From positions 169 through 64,168 of the forward strand of contig JAKSTM010000009.1 of NCBI GenBank assembly GCA_024402565.1: DNA of 64,000 bases, given 5' to 3'. This stretch comes from Treponema sp. GTDB taxonomy: Bacteria; Spirochaetota; Spirochaetia; Treponematales; Treponemataceae. Every line of letters begins with the position of its first letter. The first letter of the stretch is position 1. The position numbers and the translations under genes are program-made. Below, one piece after another: positions 46,067-54,525 of the stretch. Under the pieces are notes generated by a model. That model was given only the letters and a program-made list of their open reading frames with translations. It did not search any database and was not told the DNA's origin.

Positions 46067-48211
46067 ATGACAGTACCTAGAATTCTTGGCGGCCTGAAAT
46101 ATTTTTCACCAAAGACTCTCAAAGACGACATACTTTCCGGTTTCATTATCGCCCTGGTTTCAATTCCTATTTCCATGGGCTACGCTCAGATTGCAGGGCT
46201 TCCGCCCGTTTACGGACTTTACAGTTCCATTCTGCCGGTTCTTGTTTTTGCATTTATGACATCAAGTCCGCAGTACATTTTCGGAGTTGATGCGGCGCCT
46301 GCAGCTTTAGTCGGCGCTGAACTTTCCACACTTGGGATAGCTGCCGGCTCACAGGAAGCTTTAGCGGCTGTACCACTTTTCACGTTCTTTACAGGAATCT
46401 TTCTTCTGATTTTCGCCCTCTGCCGTTTCGGCAAACTTAAAAAATATGTTTCAACTCCGGTTCTTGGCGGATTCGTAAGCGGCATCTGTATCACAATCAT
46501 TCTTATGCAGATTCCAAAACTTTTCGGAGGAAACGCCGGAACAGGTGAAGTTTTTGAACTGGTTCCTCACATCTATCACGAAGCCCTTCACACTTTTAAT
46601 CCGTGGGCACTTGGAACAGGCATCCTTTCCATCGTTCTGATTTTAGGCTGCAAAAAACTTTTCCCCAAATTTCCTCTTTCCGTTGTAATCATGCTTTTGT
46701 CTGCCGCTATTGAATGGAAGTTCCAGGTTTTCACAAAAGCGGGGATTAATACTCTTCCTGAAGTTCAGGGCGGTTTCCCAAAAATCATTCTTCCTGATTT
46801 TTCTGCCGTTCCGGTTTTTGACTGCATCAAAGGCGGATTTTCCATTGCCCTGGTAATCACAGCAGAAACACTTCTTGCCGCCAACGGCTATGCCATGAAA
46901 AACCGTTACAAACTTTCGGACAATACAGAAATCCTTTCCTACTCTGCCGCAAACATTGTTTCCTGTTTCCTTGGAAGCTGTCCTGTAAACGGAAGTGTTT
47001 CACGAACAAGCATGAACCAGCAGTTCCATGGCAAAAGTCAGATGACTCAAATTTTTGCTTCCCTGATTCTTCTTGTTATCCTGCTTTTCGGAACAGGTTT
47101 CATAAAATACTTACCGGTTCCAGTTCTGACCGCAATCGTCATTACGGCTCTCTGGGGCGCCGTAGAAATCGACACTGCAAAAAAACTCCGCACATACGAC
47201 CATCAGGAGTTCATGATTTTTTTTGCCGCCATGATTGCTGTTTTAATTTTCGGAACAATCATCGGCGTATTCTTTGGAGTTCTGCTTTCGTTCCTCAACG
47301 TCATCATCAAAGAGTCTTTACCGCCAAGAAGTTTCCTTGGGTGCATTCCAGGCCGCGGCGGATTTTTCAGTCTGGACTTTTTCCCGGCAGCCCGTCCTGT
47401 AAAAGGCGTTGTAATTTACCGCTTCCGCGGAAACCTTTTCTTTGCAAACATCGAACAGTTCAAAAATGACATTGAAAATGCAATCAAGCCTGATACAAAA
47501 GCGGTCATCGTTGATGCTTCTGGAATCGGGGCGCTTGATATTACGGCATGTGAAAGCCTTGAGTTTTTATGGAAGTCTCTGAAAGAGCGTGGAATCAAAT
47601 TCTATCTGACTGAACACGAACAGAAATTAAATGATGAACTTAGAAGTCTTGGACTTGGGTACATAATTGAAGAAGGCGGAGTCCGCCGAAAAATGTCTGT
47701 TGCCCTTCACGACATTGGCATGAAAAAGCCTTACGAGATTGAACTGAAGGAAAATGAAACCGTCGTTGAAGAACCTGAATTTCAGGAAAACCTGCTTCGC
47801 GAATTCGAATGGGCTTTCGGAAAAGATGCACAGAAGCAGATTGAAGAATACGTTCAAAACATGGTTTCGCATCTTGATGAAAGCGGAAACGATGATGTTT
47901 CAAAAATGATTAAAGAGTCGGGAATCTGGAACGGCATTTCATCATACGACGAAGAACTGATTCTTCAGGTTTTTGAGCTGCGCATTGCGGAACTTGAAAT
48001 GGCAAAAGGCAACACGGACAGTGAACTTGCAAAGCAGGTTAAAGAGCGCCGTGAAAAAATTCTTGCTGAAATCAGAAAAGAAGATTCCAAATCGGCATCC
48101 AGACTTGAAAAGAAGATGGAAAAACTGGAAAAGAAAAATCAGACTCTTAAAGAAAGAATCGGAAAAATTATCAGGCGTAAAAAGTCTTCTTCCGACTCAC
48201 CATCAGATTGA
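46067..48211 (+). CDS. SulP family anion transporter with STAS domain and a charged C-terminal extension
   Basis: IPISMGYAQIAGLPPVYGLY, GSVSRT, YRFRGNLFFAN, VDASGIGALD. Confidence 0.92.
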   Translation: MTVPRILGGLKYFSPKTLKDDILSGFIIALVSIPISMGYAQIAGLPPVYGLYSSILPVLVFAFMTSSPQYIFGVDAAPAALVGAELSTLGIAAGSQEALAAVPLFTFFTGIFLLIFALCRFGKLKKYVSTPVLGGFVSGICITIILMQIPKLFGGNAGTGEVFELVPHIYHEALHTFNPWALGTGILSIVLILGCKKLFPKFPLSVVIMLLSAAIEWKFQVFTKAGINTLPEVQGGFPKIILPDFSAVPVFDCIKGGFSIALVITAETLLAANGYAMKNRYKLSDNTEILSYSAANIVSCFLGSCPVNGSVSRTSMNQQFHGKSQMTQIFASLILLVILLFGTGFIKYLPVPVLTAIVITALWGAVEIDTAKKLRTYDHQEFMIFFAAMIAVLIFGTIIGVFFGVLLSFLNVIIKESLPPRSFLGCIPGRGGFFSLDFFPAARPVKGVVIYRFRGNLFFANIEQFKNDIENAIKPDTKAVIVDASGIGALDITACESLEFLWKSLKERGIKFYLTEHEQKLNDELRSLGLGYIIEEGGVRRKMSVALHDIGMKKPYEIELKENETVVEEPEFQENLLREFEWAFGKDAQKQIEEYVQNMVSHLDESGNDDVSKMIKESGIWNGISSYDEELILQVFELRIAELEMAKGNTDSELAKQVKERREKILAEIRKEDSKSASRLEKKMEKLEKKNQTLKERIGKIIRRKKSSSDSPSD

Positions 48212-49067
48212 TTACTGTAATTGTCAGCACAATGGCAAAAAGAATGATTGCTGCCGCAGACGCATAACTTGGATAACCACCGGAATTTCCGTAGAGCATG
48301 TCGTAAATGTAACCAACGATTGTGTTCATTTCTGCGGCATTCAAGTTTGTACCGAAAAGCGCAACAGCATCGGCATAAGCTTTGAAAGCACCAATAAAAC
48401 CTGTGATTACTAAATAAGCAACTGTCGGACTAATCATTGGTAAAGTAATGCGCCAGAACATACGGCTACGGCTAGTTCCATCTACTCGGGCAGCCTGATA
48501 ATACTGCGGATTCACACTTGCAAGAGCCGAAGTTAAAATCAGAATCTTGAAAGGCATTACAATCCATACTGTGTAAAAACAAAGTACGAACATTTTTGCC
48601 CAGTATGGCCCGTCGATAAAGTCCACACCTTTTCCGCCGAACAAATGAATGAGCATATTTACAAGACCGTCACTGTAAGCTGTCTTCTTGAAAAGAATCA
48701 TGAACACAAGTCCAACGGCAAGTGTATTTGTAACGTAAGGCAGAAAATAAATTGTCTGAAAAGCTTCTTTCAGTTTTGGAATGGAACTGAGTCCCAGAGC
48801 AATGAGAAGTGAAAGGCCTGTAGAAACCGGCACTGTGATGATTACAAGGATAAATGTATTTTTTACGGCTTTAAGAAAATACGGATCGTGAAGAACGTAC
48901 TTGTAATTGTACAGGCCTGTCCCGAAAAAACTCTGGCTTGCAAAATTGTAGCCTTCTTCAAACGAATAAACAAAAACGTCAAAGAGCGGATAAATCATGA
49001 ACACTGCCATGAATAAAAATGCGGGAATAAGATAAAGCCAGCCTTTGGGATTATTTTTATCAAGCAT
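48171..49067 (-). CDS. Carbohydrate ABC transporter permease (MalF-like)
   Basis: YLIPAF, IYFLPYVT, YYQAARVDG, FWRITLPMISP; SD AAGGAG. Confidence 0.92.
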   Translation of the reverse strand: MLDKNNPKGWLYLIPAFLFMAVFMIYPLFDVFVYSFEEGYNFASQSFFGTGLYNYKYVLHDPYFLKAVKNTFILVIITVPVSTGLSLLIALGLSSIPKLKEAFQTIYFLPYVTNTLAVGLVFMILFKKTAYSDGLVNMLIHLFGGKGVDFIDGPYWAKMFVLCFYTVWIVMPFKILILTSALASVNPQYYQAARVDGTSRSRMFWRITLPMISPTVAYLVITGFIGAFKAYADAVALFGTNLNAAEMNTIVGYIYDMLYGNSGGYPSYASAAAIILFAIVLTITVINLMVSRKKTFYA

Positions 49068-49100
49068 GATTTTCTCCTTTTTCGTTTAATTTGTATTGGT

Positions 49101-49910
49101 TTAATTTTTGAACGGATCCTTACTTTGATCCACAGTATTAAGTTCATCCATATTAACAATGTAACGGGCCCCTGGCATAGCTTTTAAAACCTCTTGATAA
49201 TCATAAGAAAGTTTTTCCGTTTTTTCTCCATCCAAAACTTTTTTCATAGCCGGGCTCGGATTTAATTTTTCGGCTTTCAAAAAAAGTTCATTACGTGAAG
49301 TAGCCCTTGTAGTCACACGAAGTTTTTCCACAATGGCTGCCATCTGAACATCATCTGCATAAGTACTAACCTTTTCTGAATCCGTATAACACCTGCAAAC
49401 CTTTTTCTGACTATTGTCAAAATAATAAACCAAATTCTTATCTGAAATGCTCTGTGCTACAATCTGTCCAAATTTGATTTTCCCAGATTCACAATTTATT
49501 TCTTCTATCGCAATTGCGGGAACACTTTCCGGTGCTACGTAATCGGCAAAAATCCAGAAATCAACATAATCATAAACCGCATGAAAATACTTTTCCTCAT
49601 TAAGTTCCATTTCGCTTCCAGGAAGAATTTCAAAAATATTTCCACGTGAAAGTGTTTTCATTCCATGCATTTTCCCGTCACGCCCAAAAAGATTTAACAA
49701 AGCATTCGGAGAAAGAATCACTGATGGAATCAATTCTTCCGGTATCACTTCCAGTTCCAAAATGCCTTCTTTATTTTTCAACTCTTCAAGATCAAGTTGT
49801 TCTGAACTGTCAGTTTCCAATATTACTTCGTGGGCAGGTGCTTTTTTTGAACAGGCTGTACAAATCAGAAGCAGGACTATTGCCAAAAAAAAGACAAAAG
49901 ATTTTTTCAT
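49101..49910 (-). CDS. Hypothetical lipoprotein
   Basis: MKKSFVFF..ICTAC lipobox; 269 aa ORF. Confidence 0.7.
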   Translation of the reverse strand: MKKSFVFFLAIVLLLICTACSKKAPAHEVILETDSSEQLDLEELKNKEGILELEVIPEELIPSVILSPNALLNLFGRDGKMHGMKTLSRGNIFEILPGSEMELNEEKYFHAVYDYVDFWIFADYVAPESVPAIAIEEINCESGKIKFGQIVAQSISDKNLVYYFDNSQKKVCRCYTDSEKVSTYADDVQMAAIVEKLRVTTRATSRNELFLKAEKLNPSPAMKKVLDGEKTEKLSYDYQEVLKAMPGARYIVNMDELNTVDQSKDPFKN

Positions 49911-49913
49911 GAA

Positions 49914-51005
49914 TTAAAATCTCTCCCCTGCTTCCGTAAACAAATATACTTTATTCTGCTTGAGTCTTAAGAAAATATCTCCAGGTTCCAGATTTTTTGC
50001 ATCATCAGAATCAACAATTGCGCGGATAATTCCACTTTCAGACTTTGGATGTGTCAGAAGAAGTGTTGTGTCACGACCTTGGGTTTCAACACGTTCAAGG
50101 ACTAACTTCACACCCATAACATTTCCATCATTTCCAAATAAAAGACCATTCTCGTCAATATAATTATCCATTGCCAATTGTTCATTATCAATTAACATCC
50201 CTTCAGGTCTTACAGCAAGGAAACTATTTTTTCCATCTCGTTCCATTTTCAGAACATTAATCGGAGGTGTTCCAAGAAATTTTGCAACAAACAGATTTTT
50301 TGGATTTTCGTAAACTTCCTGAGGTTTCCCAATCTGCTGAACTGCACCGTCCTTCATTACAATTATTTCATCAGAAATACTCATAGCTTCATCCTGATCA
50401 TGGGTAACAAAAATAGTCGTAATTCCAGTTTCTTTCTGAATACGACGAAGTTCCTCACGAGTTTGGAGACGAAGGCGTGCATCAAGATTTGAAAGAGGTT
50501 CATCAAGTAAAAGCACTGGTGGACGTTTTACAAGAGCTCGCGCAATTGCTACACGCTGCTGCTGACCACCTGAAAGTTCCTTTGGTTTTCGTTCCAGAAA
50601 TTTTTCTATCTGAACAACACGAGCAGATTCTTCTACACGTTTTTTTATTTCTTCTTTTGAAAGTTTCTCTTTCCCCTTAAGATTTTCCAAAGGAAAAGCA
50701 ATATTCTGTGCAACGGTCAAATGGGGGTATAAAGCATAATTTTGAAACACCAGACCAACTCCGCGATTTTCTGTCGGTACTTTGGTCATATCTTCATCAC
50801 CAAAAAAGATTTGTCCTTCGGTAGGATCCAGAAGTCCTGAAATCATATAAAGAGTTGTTGATTTCCCACAACCAGAAGGTCCAAGAAGTGCCACTAATTT
50901 TCCATCAGGAATTTCAAAATTAAAATTGTCTACAGCGATTACTTCTGTTTTATCTTTTCCACGACCAGGAAAACGTTTTGTCAGATTCTTTAAGGTGATA
51001 GTCAT
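49914..51005 (-). CDS. Carbohydrate ABC transporter ATP-binding protein (MalK/MsmX-like)
   Basis: GPSGCGKST, VFQNYALYPHL, LSGGQQQR, LLDEPLSNLD; start moved to MTITLKNL. Confidence 0.93.
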   Translation of the reverse strand: MTITLKNLTKRFPGRGKDKTEVIAVDNFNFEIPDGKLVALLGPSGCGKSTTLYMISGLLDPTEGQIFFGDEDMTKVPTENRGVGLVFQNYALYPHLTVAQNIAFPLENLKGKEKLSKEEIKKRVEESARVVQIEKFLERKPKELSGGQQQRVAIARALVKRPPVLLLDEPLSNLDARLRLQTREELRRIQKETGITTIFVTHDQDEAMSISDEIIVMKDGAVQQIGKPQEVYENPKNLFVAKFLGTPPINVLKMERDGKNSFLAVRPEGMLIDNEQLAMDNYIDENGLLFGNDGNVMGVKLVLERVETQGRDTTLLLTHPKSESGIIRAIVDSDDAKNLEPGDIFLRLKQNKVYLFTEAGERF

Positions 51006-51089
51006 AAATTTTATTATATCGCAATAAAGACTGTTTATTAAGATAAAAGTTTCAGAATCCAATTTTTGTGTTACACTTTTAATAAAGGA

Positions 51090-51209
51090 GTTTTTTATGG
51101 GCAAATTGCAGACGTAAGTCCAATGATTGGTATGCTCATGCTTCCAAAAACCTGTATGTATATTTGGGCAGTCATGATGGGATACAAAACTGTGAATCAG
51201 AAAAATTAA
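51090..51209 (+). pseudogene. Possible 3' remnant of a membrane-protein gene
   Basis: A frame reads ADVSPMIGMLMLPKTCMYIWAVMMGYKTVNQKN* (stop 51207-51209); hydrophobic and lacking its 5' part. Confidence 0.4.
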
Positions 51210-51281
51210 TTTAAATTTGCCCAATCCTTGAAAATTTATTATTTTATAATGGTAAATTAATCTTATTTTCGAGGCTATTTA

Positions 51282-53267
51282 ATGGCAAAACACGAATTTC
51301 AGACAGAAGTAAACCAGCTTCTCAAACTTCTTATTCATTCACTTTATTCAAACAAAGACATCTTCCTGCGCGAAATTGTTTCGAACGGATCAGATGCTCT
51401 GGACAAACTTAAATATCTGACAGTTTCAGACGAGGCTTTCAAGAACATCACTTTTGAACCACGCCTGGACATCACTTTTGACGAAAAGGACGCCGTCCTC
51501 ACAATTCAGGATTCCGGAATCGGTATGAGCGAAGACGACCTGAACAACAACCTGGGTACAATCGCACGCTCAGGAACAAAAGCTTTCATGGAACAGCTGA
51601 CTGCTGACGCAAGCAAGAACTCAAACCTTATCGGTCAGTTCGGTGTTGGTTTCTACTCGGCTTTCATGGCTGCAAAAAAAATCGATGTTTACACACGCAA
51701 AGCTGCCGGCGACGGAAAAATCATGCACTGGTCATCTGACGGTACAAACTCTTACGAAATTGATGAAGTTGCCGCTGACTCAGTAAAGGCAAAGCAGTAC
51801 GGTTTTGACAAAGCTGAACTTACAGGTTCTGCAATCGAAATCCACCTGAATGACGAATCAAAAGAATATGCTTCAAGATGGAAGATCGAAGAACTGATCA
51901 AAAAATATTCTGACCATATCGCATTCCCGATCTACCTGCACTACGAATCAAAAAAATACAACGACAAAGGCGAAGTTGAATCTTCAGAAAACAAAGTAGA
52001 CCAGGTAAACTCTGCTTCAGCTCTCTGGAAAAAATCTAAGAGCGAACTTAAAGCCGAAGACTACAACGAATTCTACAAGACAATCGGACACGACGGACAG
52101 GATCCTCTCCACTACGTTCACACACATGCAGAAGGAACTCAGGAATACACAACTCTGTTCTTTATTCCACAGATGGCTCCATTCGACATGTACCAGGCAG
52201 ATTACAAAAGCGGTGTAAAACTTTACGTTAAACGCGTATTCATTACAGACGACGACCGCGAACTTCTTCCTGCTTACCTGCGCTTTGTTCGCGGTATCAT
52301 CGACTCGGAAGATCTTCCACTGAACGTTAGCCGTGAAATCCTGCAGCAGAACAGAATCCTTGAAACAATCAAAAAACAGTCTGTAAAAAAACTCCTTTGT
52401 GAATTCAAGAAAATGGGAGAAGCTGCAGACAAACTTAAGAACGCAAAGAACGACGACGGAACTGCAAAAACTCTTACAGACGACGAAAAAGCAAAAGTTG
52501 AAAAATGGAACAAGTTCGTAAAGAACTTCAACCGCCCGATGAAAGAAGGTCTCTACGGCGACTGGGAAAACAAAGAAGAAATCTCAGAAATCGTACGCTT
52601 CAAATCAACTGACGCTTCAGGAACAGGCGACGACAACTACACAAGCTTTGCAGATTACGTTCAGCGCATGAAGCCTGAACAGAAAGCAATTTACTACATC
52701 TCAGGAAGCGACGAAAACAACCTGCGCCAGAATCCGCTTCTTAAGGCATACGTTGCAAAAGGCTTTGAAGTTCTGATTATGTGCGACGACATTGACGATG
52801 TTGTTATGCCAACAGTAGGCAAATACAAGGACTTTGAACTTAAGGCTGTAAACCGTTCAGGAAGCGACGAAGACCTGGGAATCAACAAAGAAGAAACAGA
52901 AAAGAAAGAACAGGAATTCGGTGCAACACTTGTAAAAATCAAGAACGTTCTTGGCGACCGCGTTAAGGAAGTTAAGCTTTCAAAAACACTTACTGCCGAA
53001 AACCCATCTTGTATCGTTATTGACGAAAACGATCCTGGCTACCAGATGATGCAGATGATGCGCGCTATGGGACAGGACGCTCCTGACCTTAAACCAATTC
53101 TTGAAGTTAATGCTGATCACCCGATCGTTTCAAAACTCAAGGACGATGATTCAAACGCTGCCGACGTTGCCGAAGTTCTTCTGGATCAGGCAATGCTCAT
53201 TGCCGGCATGAACCTGAAAGAACCAGCAACATTCGTTAAGGCTCTGAACAACCTTTTGAGTAAATAG
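51282..53267 (+). CDS. htpG: Chaperone HtpG (Hsp90)
   Basis: LYSNKDIFLREIVSN, NLGTIARSGT, IGQFGVGFYS, DSEDLPLNVSRE. Confidence 0.97.
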   Translation: MAKHEFQTEVNQLLKLLIHSLYSNKDIFLREIVSNGSDALDKLKYLTVSDEAFKNITFEPRLDITFDEKDAVLTIQDSGIGMSEDDLNNNLGTIARSGTKAFMEQLTADASKNSNLIGQFGVGFYSAFMAAKKIDVYTRKAAGDGKIMHWSSDGTNSYEIDEVAADSVKAKQYGFDKAELTGSAIEIHLNDESKEYASRWKIEELIKKYSDHIAFPIYLHYESKKYNDKGEVESSENKVDQVNSASALWKKSKSELKAEDYNEFYKTIGHDGQDPLHYVHTHAEGTQEYTTLFFIPQMAPFDMYQADYKSGVKLYVKRVFITDDDRELLPAYLRFVRGIIDSEDLPLNVSREILQQNRILETIKKQSVKKLLCEFKKMGEAADKLKNAKNDDGTAKTLTDDEKAKVEKWNKFVKNFNRPMKEGLYGDWENKEEISEIVRFKSTDASGTGDDNYTSFADYVQRMKPEQKAIYYISGSDENNLRQNPLLKAYVAKGFEVLIMCDDIDDVVMPTVGKYKDFELKAVNRSGSDEDLGINKEETEKKEQEFGATLVKIKNVLGDRVKEVKLSKTLTAENPSCIVIDENDPGYQMMQMMRAMGQDAPDLKPILEVNADHPIVSKLKDDDSNAADVAEVLLDQAMLIAGMNLKEPATFVKALNNLLSK

Positions 53268-53325
53268 GACCCCCTGCGGTAGCGAAACGGTGCAGAAGGT
53301 ACACCAGCGGTAGCTCGCAGGCAGG

Positions 53326-53360
53326 AACGCCGTCCCATTCGGGACGGCGTTTTTTATTTT
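53326..53360 (+). terminator. htpG terminator
   Basis: AACGCCGTCCC-ATTC-GGGACGGCGTT followed by a T run. Confidence 0.9.
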
Positions 53361-53471
53361 AAATCATATGGTCCTTGAGCTTGTCGATTGTGAGAAAAAT
53401 CCATTTGTTTTTTGTACATTCGCTTGACGATATGTATAAATGGTATTACTTTATCTATAAGAGGTAATACT

Positions 53472-53741
53472 ATGGCTACTGTTAGTATAAAAATGGACGA
53501 TATTACAAAAACCAAGTTTTCAGAATTCTGCGAATCTGTTGGACTTACAACTTCAGCCGTAATTAATATGTTTGCCAAACGAGTTGTTCGCGATAACAAA
53601 ATCCCATTTGAAATTACAGGCGCTCCCGAACCTTCAGAACAGTTTCTGGCAGCAATAAAAGAAGCTGATGAAATTGCGAAAAATCCAAATACAAAAGGCT
53701 ATCATTCTGTTGATGAACTTTTTAAGGATCTCAACTCATGA
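53472..53741 (+). CDS. RelB/DinJ family antitoxin
   Basis: SD GAGG; VSIKMD..TK..F...GLTTSAVINMF...IPFEI; ATGA overlap with the toxin gene. Confidence 0.88.
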   Translation: MATVSIKMDDITKTKFSEFCESVGLTTSAVINMFAKRVVRDNKIPFEITGAPEPSEQFLAAIKEADEIAKNPNTKGYHSVDELFKDLNS

Positions 53742-54019
53742 AATACGAGATTTTTCATACTTCTCAATTTAAAAAAAGCTTTAAACTTTGTGTAAAACGC
53801 GGTTATCCAATGGAAGAGCTTGCGGCCGTAATCGCAAAGCTCGCTGACGATATTCCTCTTGAAGAAAAGTTCCATGATCACGAACTATCCGGCCAACTGA
53901 ACGGAATTCGTGAATGTCATATACGCCCGGACTGGCTTCTGGAATACAAAAAAACCGAGACAAAGCTCATCCTTACACTCATCGATACCGGAACACATTC
54001 TGATTTATTTAAAAAATAA
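53738..54019 (+). CDS. yafQ: YafQ family mRNA interferase toxin
   Basis: TSQFKKS, DHELSG, RECHIRPDWLL, DTGTHSDLF. Confidence 0.9.
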   Translation: MKYEIFHTSQFKKSFKLCVKRGYPMEELAAVIAKLADDIPLEEKFHDHELSGQLNGIRECHIRPDWLLEYKKTETKLILTLIDTGTHSDLFKK

Positions 54020-54046
54020 TTGACCCATTCAAACAATGTGTTCAAA

Positions 54047-54406
54047 TTAACGCGAAGGTTTATATTCAGGAACAGATTGAGCTAAAGACTCAACTAATTG
54101 ATTTACAGTTTGCTGATGATATCCGGGAAGACGTTCGCAGTTGTTTATTAATTCATGATATTTTGAATACAGTTCTCTATTTTGGGCTTTTGAAGAATCT
54201 CTTAAAAATAAGTCAGCAGGATGAATAGATAAAGCTCTTGCAATTCGGAAAACAAGATCGATAGATGGGGAAGCTTTGCCGGCTTCTACATTTCCTATCT
54301 GCCCATTAGAACTGTCGGCCTGAATAGCTAATTCTGACTGAGACCAGCCTTTTTGTTCTCTATAATATTTTAGATTTTTTCTGAATTCTTCAGCATATTC
54401 GTCCAT
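54047..54406 (-). CDS. XRE family HTH regulator, divergent from mod
   Basis: NLKYYREQKGWSQSELA...IGNVEAGKASPS. Confidence 0.88.
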   Translation of the reverse strand: MDEYAEEFRKNLKYYREQKGWSQSELAIQADSSNGQIGNVEAGKASPSIDLVFRIARALSIHPADLFLRDSSKAQNRELYSKYHELINNCERLPGYHQQTVNQLVESLAQSVPEYKPSR

Positions 54407-54408
54407 GT

Positions 54409-54488
54409 ACTTTAGTGTATAAGGAAATGAAAGATAATAATCTTACAGTATAAAGTAAAACGTACCGATAAACTTTATGAGATAAAGT
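54409..54488. promoter_or_regulatory. Three 17-bp operator-like sites, consensus ACTTTAT-N3-ATAAAGT
   Basis: Perfect site at 54472-54488; degenerate sites at 54440-54456 and 54409-54425; spacing 31-32 bp. Confidence 0.55.
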
Positions 54489-54525
54489 GATGCTAATTAA
54501 ATTGCTTTATTCCATAAGGTAGAAA

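Noticed and set aside
51210-51281. CIRCE or sigma32 heat-shock element before htpG
   Set aside because: No TTAGCACTC-N9-GAGTGCTAA; CTTGAAA is present but there is no CCCCAT -10.
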